30,375 bases of DNA from a virus (taxonomy: Duplodnaviria > Heunggongvirae > Uroviricota > Caudoviricetes): IMG/VR virus record IMGVR_UViG_3300044613_002694, positions 1 through 30,375 of that record; one strand, given 5' to 3'. Positions 15,578 through 23,121 of the stretch are shown in pieces. Within the stretch, counting starts at the first letter, position 1; each line of letters starts with the position of its first letter. A program made the translations under genes and the position numbers. The notes under the pieces were generated by a model, which saw nothing but the letters and a program-made list of their open reading frames with translations, had not been told where the DNA came from and did not search any database.

Positions 15578-15794
15578 AATACAAATTAACACACGATAAT
15601 TGGAAAGATCTTGATAGCAAGTTTGACGCAAAAGCTGGCAGGTCGCTCGTTAGAAGTGATCGGATATGTTATGGAAGGAATCGATTATGCAGGAGTATAA
15701 ATTAGATTATGAAGAAGATTACACGAATAGTCGAGACCATGGCACTGTTTCCGGTGAAGCACATCGTATAACTTGGTTTCTATTAAACATATGA
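15574..15794 (+). pseudogene. Array unit 64, frameshifted relative of unit 63
   Basis: MKYKLTHDNWKDL... in one frame and DMLWKES...GEAHRITWFLLNI in another; the shift lies after ~15657. Confidence 0.75.
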
Positions 15795-16039
15795 TATTAC
15801 ATTTGGTAGACGGCGGGTTTTTAACACAACCCTCATGGTGGCAGAATTTCATAAACGATATCGATGATAGATTTCCAGATGCATTTCACTACTACGAAGA
15901 TGAAGAACGTGAACAGTTAATTAAAGTTGAATTTGCAAAGGTTGGTGCTATTCTTATAGATGATGAGTATGACGGTATACTGGGAGTTGAATTCCATGAT
16001 GATGCAAAAGCTACTTGGTTTATAATGAGGTGGTCATAA
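15791..16039 (+). CDS. Array unit 65, class E
   Basis: ATGA overlap; PSWWQNF; ends WFIMRWS. Confidence 0.85.
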   Translation: MILHLVDGGFLTQPSWWQNFINDIDDRFPDAFHYYEDEEREQLIKVEFAKVGAILIDDEYDGILGVEFHDDAKATWFIMRWS

Positions 16040-16240
16040 TTGAATAATATATTAAAAATACCATTGTTTTCAAAAATGGAAGATAATATATCAGCATTTT
16101 ATGGGACCAATCGCTGGATGAGTTCTGCATTGCTGGAAACTGGGATAGTCTCATGTCGGTTTACATCTGAGTCGTGTGAAACCATAATTACATTTGAAAC
16201 CGACGCTCATAAGAATTGGTTTATAATAAGGTGGTCATGA
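16040..16240 (+). CDS. Array unit 66, class B, TTG start
   Basis: Abuts previous TAA; ends WFIIRWS. Confidence 0.8.
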   Translation: MNNILKIPLFSKMEDNISAFYGTNRWMSSALLETGIVSCRFTSESCETIITFETDAHKNWFIIRWS

Positions 16241-16461
16241 GTTTACCTAGAAATGGTGCATATGAGCTATTCATCAATAATGGTTTTGTATATTGTTTTG
16301 AATTATCATCAAACCCATTATTACTGGAGTCCGACGAATTACACAATTGGATTAGACAACAACCCAAAGAATTATGGCATGGTATGAATCCACCATATCA
16401 CAAAACGGCATATTATTTAAAACCTGAACTATATAATTGGTTCAAATTGAGGTGGTCATGA
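16237..16461 (+). CDS. Array unit 67, related to unit 57
   Basis: ATGA overlap; ends WFKLRWS. Confidence 0.85.
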   Translation: MSLPRNGAYELFINNGFVYCFELSSNPLLLESDELHNWIRQQPKELWHGMNPPYHKTAYYLKPELYNWFKLRWS

Positions 16462-16688
16462 AACTTGTAACAAGTAAAGAAATTGGTGTTCAACTACACA
16501 ACGTTCTTGCCGAACATAAGGCATTAATCGAGGAATACTCCGATGTTAATTTAAAAATTGACTTTCTAGAAAAACTTTGTAAATTCAGAGTTGTTGGTGA
16601 GTATAAGTCAATCACGCATTTTAAGGTAAAGTATGCAATTTTTGAACGAGAAGAAGATTTTACCTGGTTTATATTAAAATGGTCTTAA
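16458..16688 (+). CDS. Array unit 68, unclassified
   Basis: ATGA overlap; ends WFILKWS. Confidence 0.85.
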   Translation: MKLVTSKEIGVQLHNVLAEHKALIEEYSDVNLKIDFLEKLCKFRVVGEYKSITHFKVKYAIFEREEDFTWFILKWS

Positions 16689-16957
16689 CAAAAGCAAAAT
16701 CAAATCCATTATATCACTTCATTAATGTTATATGCACTGATGAAGAATTTATAGAATGCACTAGATGGTGTACTAAATCATTTGGGCATGCTGGTGATCG
16801 ATCATGGAACATGGAGTTATTGACAGACAATTTAGATGTTGCAAATAAATTGTTGTTGATTCAACGTAAACTGGTTAATCCAGTTGACCATAACTATCGG
16901 TTTAGATTTGCAAAAATTGAACATCGTGATTGGTTTGTGTTAAAATGGTCTTCATAG
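16679..16957 (+). CDS. Array unit 69, class C
   Basis: ATG from AAA-TGG; ends WFVLKWSS. Confidence 0.8.
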   Translation: MVLTKAKSNPLYHFINVICTDEEFIECTRWCTKSFGHAGDRSWNMELLTDNLDVANKLLLIQRKLVNPVDHNYRFRFAKIEHRDWFVLKWSS

Positions 16958-17163
16958 TAAAGTGGTGTGACATACCCGATAATGTCATAGAAAAATTGTG
17001 TTATGAGTGTGGCAGTGTTGACTTAAGTATTACTGCGGTAAAATATGTTGAGAATGTTGAAGCAGAATTCAATAAGTATGGCGGTTCAGGCAGGATATAC
17101 CGTACTATTTACTTTAACAATGAAGCGTGTTATACTTGGTTTTTATTAAGGTGGAGCCAATGA
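16945..17163 (+). CDS. Array unit 70, class D
   Basis: ATG from AAA-TGG; MVFIVKW aligns with MSFIVKW of unit 73; ends WFLLRWSQ. Confidence 0.85.
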   Translation: MVFIVKWCDIPDNVIEKLCYECGSVDLSITAVKYVENVEAEFNKYGGSGRIYRTIYFNNEACYTWFLLRWSQ

Positions 17164-17423
17164 GATTAGAAATTCCAGGTGAAAATTTTTATGAAACCCC
17201 ATTATGGTGGCAAAACTTTATCGACCATCATGAAAAAATCTTTGTGAAAACACATGGTGATTTAACTGTTAATTTTATGATATACACTTCAAATATTTTG
17301 CAATCTGAATACGGTGCTGTTAAAATTTATGAGCAAAATCCAAAAACTGGAAGAGACGAACTAACAGCATTAGAGTTTAATAAAGAAGAAACTCAAACTT
17401 GGTTTTTATTAAAATGGTCATAA
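17160..17423 (+). CDS. Array unit 71, class E (paralog of unit 38)
   Basis: ATGA overlap; ends WFLLKWS. Confidence 0.85.
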   Translation: MRLEIPGENFYETPLWWQNFIDHHEKIFVKTHGDLTVNFMIYTSNILQSEYGAVKIYEQNPKTGRDELTALEFNKEETQTWFLLKWS

Positions 17424-17821
17424 ACCAATTATCTAGAAGATTAAATGCAGTTGGGTTATCATTACAAGAGGATTTTGATTCATTATATAGGAATGGAAGT
17501 TGCTCTTGTCATTGGCACCCACCTTGTAGTTATTGTACACATCCAGGTAATCCATTAAATTTAGAAGAATCAGACGATGTATGGGAAACCGGTATGATAT
17601 GTGAAACTGTAGAAAGCAATCAGCATGATTTTAAATATATGGTTGGATATTTCTTACCATCAGAGATGAAAGAAATGATAGCGTGGTTGACAGAAACATT
17701 TGGTCCATATTCTCATGGTTGGAAGTTTATAGATAATACCAGATGGTATTGTGGCAATAGTCATTTTGTTTTTAAAACAGAAGCTGATCGTAATTGGTTT
17801 GTAATGAGGTGGAGTTCATGA
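17414..17821 (+). CDS. Array unit 72, Cys/His-rich N-terminal domain fused to a class C unit
   Basis: CSCHWHPPCSYC motif; ends WFVMRWSS. Confidence 0.8.
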   Translation: MVINQLSRRLNAVGLSLQEDFDSLYRNGSCSCHWHPPCSYCTHPGNPLNLEESDDVWETGMICETVESNQHDFKYMVGYFLPSEMKEMIAWLTETFGPYSHGWKFIDNTRWYCGNSHFVFKTEADRNWFVMRWSS

Positions 17822-18060
17822 GTTTTATTGTTAAATGGTCCGATATATCTGACCAAGTATGTGAAAATTTTACAAGAGCTTGTGGGTCGATGGATGATTC
17901 TATATCTGCTGACGAATATCTTGATAATATGGAAGATGCATTTGCCCAATTTAAAGCCTATGAATTATATGATGATGAATCACTCAGAGAAATAGAGTTT
18001 GATAGAGTCGTATTTGAAAATGAAGCTTATTACACTTGGTTTGTAATGAGGTTTTCATGA
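17818..18060 (+). CDS. Array unit 73, class D
   Basis: ATGA overlap; ends WFVMRFS. Confidence 0.85.
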   Translation: MSFIVKWSDISDQVCENFTRACGSMDDSISADEYLDNMEDAFAQFKAYELYDDESLREIEFDRVVFENEAYYTWFVMRFS

Positions 18061-18299
18061 CTGTTACTATATTGTGGGATGATATTCCTGATCCGGCACG
18101 AGAAAACTTTCTTGTAGAATGTGGTGCTCTTAATAGTGATTTGAATCTAGATGAATATCACAAGAATATGGCAAAGCTGTTTGCGGAATGCAAAGCTTAT
18201 GAATTTCATGAAAATCCAGCACATAAATACAACCGATTTGACAAAATAATATTTGAAAACGTAGCATGCTATAATTGGTTCTTAATGAGGTTTTTATGA
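18057..18299 (+). CDS. Array unit 74, class D
   Basis: ATGA overlap; ends WFLMRFL. Confidence 0.85.
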   Translation: MTVTILWDDIPDPARENFLVECGALNSDLNLDEYHKNMAKLFAECKAYEFHENPAHKYNRFDKIIFENVACYNWFLMRFL

Positions 18300-18499
18300 A
18301 AGTCAAGATTTATGAAATGGACCTATATGACAAAGCGTTATCAGTATATCCAGAATATGAATGGATGGCAATTGATGAGTTTATCAGGAAGTTAGGATTT
18401 AAAAGTTGCAATTTCATTAGTAAAATACCTGGTACAGAGTCATATTGGGAAATGGATGAAGTTGAATTTACTTGGTTTGCATTAAAGTATAGTGGGTAA
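18296..18499 (+). CDS. Array unit 75, class A
   Basis: ATGA overlap; ends WFALKYSG. Confidence 0.85.
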   Translation: MKVKIYEMDLYDKALSVYPEYEWMAIDEFIRKLGFKSCNFISKIPGTESYWEMDEVEFTWFALKYSG

Positions 18500-18501
18500 C
18501 T

Positions 18502-18690
18502 ATGAAATATTTTCATGGATGGTGGGTTTGTCACACCACTATAGATAATTTCGATGATTTCAACTGGTGTTGTGAACAATTCGGAAAACCAGAAATGAAC
18601 CGAAGATGGTTCTATAATCATGTTGAACGAAAATTTTATTTTGGACGAGAGGAAGATGCAATGTGGTATACTTTAAGGTGGTCAGCGTGA
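18502..18690 (+). CDS. Array unit 76, class C
   Basis: 2-nt gap; ends WYTLRWSA. Confidence 0.85.
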   Translation: MKYFHGWWVCHTTIDNFDDFNWCCEQFGKPEMNRRWFYNHVERKFYFGREEDAMWYTLRWSA

Positions 18691-18938
18691 TTCAATTACC
18701 AACACCTAGAGCATACAAAGCTATAAAATGGTTTGATGCCAATGCTAGTACTGTCATGTTATCGATGCAGAGGACTTCTGGAATTATAAGTTGGGGAGAA
18801 TACCTTGAAAAATATGATGAGAAATTTAGTAAAGAGTTTCATTGTAAGTTAGTCCGTAATGAAAAGTTACATTATATCGAATATTTAGAGTTCGAAGATG
18901 ACAAATATATGACTTGGTTTCTTTTGAATTGGTCATGA
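18687..18938 (+). CDS. Array unit 77, unclassified, GTG start
   Basis: GTGA overlap; ends WFLLNWS. Confidence 0.8.
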   Translation: MIQLPTPRAYKAIKWFDANASTVMLSMQRTSGIISWGEYLEKYDEKFSKEFHCKLVRNEKLHYIEYLEFEDDKYMTWFLLNWS

Positions 18939-19147
18939 TTAAGCATTCATTAAGCAGATCTGAAATAGCTAACATAGTTAATTATTCAATAGCACATGAA
19001 ATATCAATAGAATCATGTATTAAAGAATGGGGTGGTCAATACGATAACGCAACGCATATTAGAAATCCACATCACCCAGATTATTGGGGGATTGTCAAAT
19101 TTGAAACAGAAGCACTGCGAACTTGGTTTATATTAAGGTGGTCATGA
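18935..19147 (+). CDS. Array unit 78, unclassified
   Basis: ATGA overlap; ends WFILRWS. Confidence 0.85.
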   Translation: MIKHSLSRSEIANIVNYSIAHEISIESCIKEWGGQYDNATHIRNPHHPDYWGIVKFETEALRTWFILRWS

Positions 19148-19413
19148 GAATAGAAGATGAACGGTTACGTTACAAAGTCATCATTGATGATTTAGCGGAT
19201 CTCAGAAAACATGCAGGGGAATTACCACCAGAATACAGTGATACTGATTATGATGAAATAGTCAGGGTCATGTGTGACTGGTGTGAACATCAATTTGGTA
19301 AGAAGAAAGTAAAATGGAATTATTGGCTAGATAGCGCTTATGATCCGCCTGAAGATAATTTCAGTTTTCAAGAAGAACATCATAGAACACTTTTTATATT
19401 GAGATGGTCATGA
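19144..19413 (+). CDS. Array unit 79, class C
   Basis: ATGA overlap; ends LFILRWS. Confidence 0.85.
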   Translation: MRIEDERLRYKVIIDDLADLRKHAGELPPEYSDTDYDEIVRVMCDWCEHQFGKKKVKWNYWLDSAYDPPEDNFSFQEEHHRTLFILRWS

Positions 19414-19601
19414 AACAGTTTAAGATATCTAATTTTCCAAAGTTTGTTGAGTATGCTTACTCCAATCCAGAACTAAATAATTTGAATCAATGGGATGAGA
19501 TATTAGCAGCTGCCGGTTTCAAAACAGCAATATATAATGGCATTAATTCCTGGTGCATGGATGATGAAGAATATACTTGGTTTGTGTTGAGGTGGTCATG
19601 A
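19410..19601 (+). CDS. Array unit 80, class A
   Basis: ATGA overlap; ends WFVLRWS. Confidence 0.85.
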   Translation: MKQFKISNFPKFVEYAYSNPELNNLNQWDEILAAAGFKTAIYNGINSWCMDDEEYTWFVLRWS

Positions 19602-19804
19602 GAGTAATCACCTGCCGTGGCACAGACAATTACCCATACGGAGTTATCATCAGAGAACCATCATCTGATAGAAGCATGATTACACAATGGTGTGTAGATC
19701 AATTTGGAAGTCAATACGAGTCTGATCGATATAGATATGCTGGGAATTTAATATATTTTTCAAATCAAGATGACCGAAATTGGTTTATATTAAGGTGGTC
19801 ATGA
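19598..19804 (+). CDS. Array unit 81, class C
   Basis: ATGA overlap; ends WFILRWS. Confidence 0.85.
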   Translation: MRVITCRGTDNYPYGVIIREPSSDRSMITQWCVDQFGSQYESDRYRYAGNLIYFSNQDDRNWFILRWS

Positions 19805-20091
19805 ATATTTTTAAAAGAATTTACAATTATGTGTTAATTAAGTTTCGACCACCCTATGTTTTGTTATCACGCAAAGATACAGATCTCTTATGGAAGAAAT
19901 ATTGCAACTGCAAATTTAATGGGGGGAAGTATAAGTTTATCAGGGATTTTATCAAAGATGAATTTAAAGGCATTTCAGCTGTTGAGTGGACTACTACTGC
20001 TACTGATGAACCATTTGACCAATTAAAATTGACATTCGAAAAAGAACAATACAAAACATGGTTTTTACTAAATTGGGAATATCATGACTAA
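19801..20091 (+). CDS. Array unit 82, unclassified
   Basis: ATGA overlap; ends WFLLNWEYHD. Confidence 0.85.
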   Translation: MNIFKRIYNYVLIKFRPPYVLLSRKDTDLLWKKYCNCKFNGGKYKFIRDFIKDEFKGISAVEWTTTATDEPFDQLKLTFEKEQYKTWFLLNWEYHD

Positions 20092-20290
20092 AGAATTCAA
20101 AATTAGCATATACCATTTACCATCTAGCATGCGTGATAAGTTAGGTGATGAATTCCATACGTGGAATTCATCAAAATTGTATGAAGAATTGGCCACATTC
20201 AATGGCAGATTAGCATTAGTTAATGATTGGCGGTATCTTATATTTCAAAGTGAAGCACACTTTCAATGGTTTTCTATGAAATGGCTATAA
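20084..20290 (+). CDS. Array unit 83, class D-like
   Basis: 8-nt overlap; ends WFSMKWL. Confidence 0.85.
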   Translation: MTKEFKISIYHLPSSMRDKLGDEFHTWNSSKLYEELATFNGRLALVNDWRYLIFQSEAHFQWFSMKWL

Positions 20291-20493
20291 TTAAGCGATG
20301 CTATGGGTTCATACCTTATTCCAATGCCTATGATTATTATTTGGCAAATCTCAAAGACGGTGATAAGGTTAGAAGCATAATTGAAGAGGAGTATCATTGC
20401 AAATTTATATATCGTGATATGACAATTTCAGGTATATGTATGCAATTTGACAATGATGAAGATTACACTTGGTTTGTATTAAAATGGTCATGA
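20281..20493 (+). CDS. Array unit 84, unclassified
   Basis: ATG from AAA-TGG; ends WFVLKWS. Confidence 0.8.
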   Translation: MAIIKRCYGFIPYSNAYDYYLANLKDGDKVRSIIEEEYHCKFIYRDMTISGICMQFDNDEDYTWFVLKWS

Positions 20494-20747
20494 AACCTAA
20501 AAGAATAATTATGTATGGATGGCCGGATTGTCCTGTCTATTGGCAGGATTTTCTAATGTCACTACTTCCTATACTTGCTACATTACCTGATAGACCAGCA
20601 AGAATTGATTATGTCAATGACATACTAAAGAAATATCATGGCACATACACCGAGAATATATTTCATGAGGAGTCACTAGTGAATGTATTACTATTTGAAG
20701 ATGAATCATATTACAATTGGTTTGTAATACAATGGGGATCTAAATGA
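20490..20747 (+). CDS. Array unit 85, class E
   Basis: ATGA overlap; CPVYWQDF; ends WFVIQWGSK. Confidence 0.85.
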   Translation: MKPKRIIMYGWPDCPVYWQDFLMSLLPILATLPDRPARIDYVNDILKKYHGTYTENIFHEESLVNVLLFEDESYYNWFVIQWGSK

Positions 20748-20962
20748 CATCCAATGAAAAATATATTGTTAATAATATTCCACCTAATATAGAGAAGAAT
20801 ATAGATGAGATTACTGGATATAATGATCGATCTGTCCCATTCGAGAGTTGGGTAGAAGCAGAAAGACAATTATTAGCAGATTATGGATGTGAACTGAGTG
20901 ATGCAGGTTATGAATTCGAGAGTGAAGCACATTACACTTGGTTAATATTAAAATTTTCTTGA
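20744..20962 (+). CDS. Array unit 86 (last), class D-like
   Basis: ATGA overlap; ends WLILKFS; SD lost; stop lies inside the next -35. Confidence 0.85.
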   Translation: MTSNEKYIVNNIPPNIEKNIDEITGYNDRSVPFESWVEAERQLLADYGCELSDAGYEFESEAHYTWLILKFS

Positions 20963-20987
20963 CATTGAATTTGTTTTAAAGTATAAT
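20959..20987 (+). promoter_or_regulatory. Perfect-consensus sigma70 promoter TTGACA-N17-TATAAT
   Basis: TTGACA 20959-20964, TATAAT 20982-20987. Confidence 0.85.
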
Positions 20988-20993
20988 AACATC

Positions 20994-21480
20994 AAATAGG
21001 CAAAATTTAGACATAGTAAAGGCAATAAAACTTCAGATAATACTAGCACCGGTAAAATGGATTAAGGTGCCCCGAGATACGGAATGTGCTTCGCGTAGAG
21101 GGAAACAGCTGAGCTGATGCAGTGACTTTTTCGACTACTCACACCTAGTGTTGTGAATGATGATTGGATACGCCTTCAGTACAACCAATTTCGAAAATTT
21201 GAACAAATAAACAAAGGCTAAAAGAGTGGAGAGAAACCACACGGATATGAATGCGCTGATATGTATTCATACTCCCGCCGTCAGAATAAAGACAGCACTT
21301 CGAGGTACCGGCTGACCGCCTCTGTAATAGTGTAATATCAGATATGAAGTCAACTCAGTTGAAATATTTTTTTGCCCCCTTGATGGGGCAAAATATAATC
21401 GTAATCTAGTTGAATAGGTAGGATAGAAAAATGTGATGAGCGATAGCGAAGAACAGGAGAACGGAGTTCTCCTTTAGTAA
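20994..21480 (+). ncRNA. Candidate structured non-coding RNA (family not recognised)
   Basis: Strong promoter, no ORF of 60 aa or more until 21543, visibly higher GC, stems at 21046-21070, 21246-21271, 21302-21321, 21370-21393 and 21455-21473. Confidence 0.45.
21455..21475 (+). terminator. Hairpin AGGAGAAC-GGA-GTTCTCCT plus short T run, possible 3' end of the ncRNA
   Basis: 8-bp perfect stem; U-tract is weak. Confidence 0.4.
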
Positions 21481-21542
21481 TACCTAATACCTTTGACAAA
21501 GATAACGAAAAACGTTAAATAGTAATATTACGGAATAATATT

Positions 21543-22274
21543 ATGAATTTAAGAGAATTATTTGAGGCACGTAGAACATTGCCTAATGAAAATAGTAATG
21601 GTAAACCTATTGCCTATAATGATACTGCATTAGCTAATTTTTGGGCATGGTTCAAAGGTAGTAAAGTAGTAGATGAGCACAAAAGACCATTGGTTATGTA
21701 TCATGGAACCAATGCAGATTTTACAAGATTCAGTTATGAACATGCTAGTGTTGGTGCAGCTGAGTATGGTACTGGATTTTACTTCACTAATTACCCATCA
21801 ACTGCATCAGGTTATGCTAACCCAGATGCCGATGCACCTAATGTCATCCCAGTATATCTATCCATCAAAAAACCCATGCCAGCTAATTCTAAAAAATTAC
21901 TTACCGGCATGCAAGTAAAACAATTTATTCTTAACTCACCTAATATTGATGAATATTTAAGAGATAACTACGATGTTCCTTATTCAATGAATAAAAATGA
22001 AGCATTACGGGATGTTATTGATTTATATAGAAATAATGATTCACTATTACGTCAATTAAACACTATATCCTATGACCTGTATAAAAACCAAGATGAGGCA
22101 TTCCTCCAAAATAGCATAGCAATTACCAAATATGATGGATTGGTATTCAAACATCAATCAGGTGAATATTTCTACGTAGCATGGAATGCTAGCCAAATTG
22201 CATCAGCTGTTGGAGCCAGCGGTAGTTATTCAGGAACCGATCTGATTAACGAATACATCAAGGATGATAAATGA
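21543..22274 (+). CDS. ADP-ribosyltransferase-like protein (ART-PolyVal-like), putative internal head protein
   Basis: PLVMYHGT...GTGFYFT...ASGYA...VIPVYLSIKKP; N-terminus MNLRELFEA. Confidence 0.7.
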   Translation: MNLRELFEARRTLPNENSNGKPIAYNDTALANFWAWFKGSKVVDEHKRPLVMYHGTNADFTRFSYEHASVGAAEYGTGFYFTNYPSTASGYANPDADAPNVIPVYLSIKKPMPANSKKLLTGMQVKQFILNSPNIDEYLRDNYDVPYSMNKNEALRDVIDLYRNNDSLLRQLNTISYDLYKNQDEAFLQNSIAITKYDGLVFKHQSGEYFYVAWNASQIASAVGASGSYSGTDLINEYIKDDK

Positions 22275-23113
22275 AAGTAACAGAAATTATAACAGAAGCC
22301 CCAATCACAGATTATGAGCCATTAGGTGATTTTAAAAAACCTGGTTCTTTTAATGATCAACGCGATAAGAACTTAATACAGAATCAAAAGTATGAACAAA
22401 AGCTTTATAAATTCTTTGCAAAAACTGGTGCTGATTTCAGAATCTTCCCTGTTAATTACCCAGGATTACGTAAATTTCAAGAACGAGGTGAAGTAACACC
22501 ACAATTTATTCAACAAACATTTGCCAAACATCCAGAAATTGCTGAAAAAATATTATCTGACGTGGATAGTGATGCAATTACTATTGTATATGTATCAAAT
22601 ACCGGTACTAACAAAGTTGTAATGACACCCTGGATCATGGCACATCGATTTGGACATGCTATTGTTGCAAGTCGTGGTAATGCAGCACATGATGCTGCAT
22701 GGAAATATGTAGAAAATTATTTCTTTGGAACTATTCATGAAATTTTATCTACCATATATCGTGTGAACATCCAATCTGAAGGATATGATCGTCGGTATGA
22801 CCAATATTATACCGGATTATTTCATGCAATTGGTACACAACGTAGTAGCAGACGAGGATTATTACAAAGACCATATGAATTTTTATATGAATTATTTGCA
22901 CAATTTTTGAAAACTGGTAAAATAAAATTAAACATGTTGCCAAGCAATATACCCTATGGATCTTCAAACTGGGGACGTAAGAAATCGATGAATGCTAATC
23001 CCGATGTTCCAGAAGATGATGTTAATGATGGCATCCAAGGATTAATGAATACCATGCCATTCATGTTTGAAGATGTGTTAAGTGCATGCATGAATCATAT
23101 CTTTGTAATGTAG
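22271..23113 (+). CDS. Putative internal head protein with zincin-like HRxGH motif
   Basis: MKVTEIITEA N-terminus; TPWIMAHRFGHAI and downstream YEFLYELFAQ. Confidence 0.5.
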   Translation: MKVTEIITEAPITDYEPLGDFKKPGSFNDQRDKNLIQNQKYEQKLYKFFAKTGADFRIFPVNYPGLRKFQERGEVTPQFIQQTFAKHPEIAEKILSDVDSDAITIVYVSNTGTNKVVMTPWIMAHRFGHAIVASRGNAAHDAAWKYVENYFFGTIHEILSTIYRVNIQSEGYDRRYDQYYTGLFHAIGTQRSSRRGLLQRPYEFLYELFAQFLKTGKIKLNMLPSNIPYGSSNWGRKKSMNANPDVPEDDVNDGIQGLMNTMPFMFEDVLSACMNHIFVM

Positions 23114-23121
23114 GACAACTA

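Larger units (their letters stand above)
2084..20962 (+). repeat. Tandem array of ~86 translationally coupled small genes with a conserved WFxLRWS junction repeat
   Basis: Junction consensus TGGTTTATATTGAGGTGGTCATGA about every 220 bp; intergenic gaps never above 2 nt. Confidence 0.97.

Noticed and set aside
18238-18267. Internal array promoter TTGACA-N18-TAGCAT
   Set aside because: The -10 is weak and the spacing suboptimal, and it lies inside coding sequence. Other internal TTGACA hits had no -10 at all.
2827-20490. ORF-track N-terminal extensions such as MVxIEVV
   Set aside because: They are the junction motif read in the next gene's frame from a TTG with no SD. The ATG overlapping the stop, 5 nt after GAGG, is the better start.
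2084-20962. CRISPR array
   Set aside because: The period is ~220 bp, the variable parts are intact ORFs, the repeats are coding and degenerate, and no cas genes are present.
2084-20962. Classical integron with attC sites, or a diversity-generating retroelement
   Set aside because: There is no intergenic space for attC hairpins and no GTTRRRY cores, and no tyrosine recombinase or reverse transcriptase in the window. Paralog differences are not confined to adenines.
2084-20962. Programmed -1 frameshifting that joins units into a polyprotein
   Set aside because: The -1 frame is open across the motif, but no canonical X-XXY-YYZ slippery heptamer or downstream structure is conserved.
21370-21393. 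Intrinsic terminator at TTTTGCCCC/GGGGCAAAA
   Set aside because: The stem is followed by an A-run on both strands, not a U-tract, so it is kept only as a structural element.
20994-21542. tRNA, tmRNA, or group I/II intron
   Set aside because: No cloverleaf, T-loop or intron core motifs were recognised, and there is no interrupted gene; an Rfam search is still needed.
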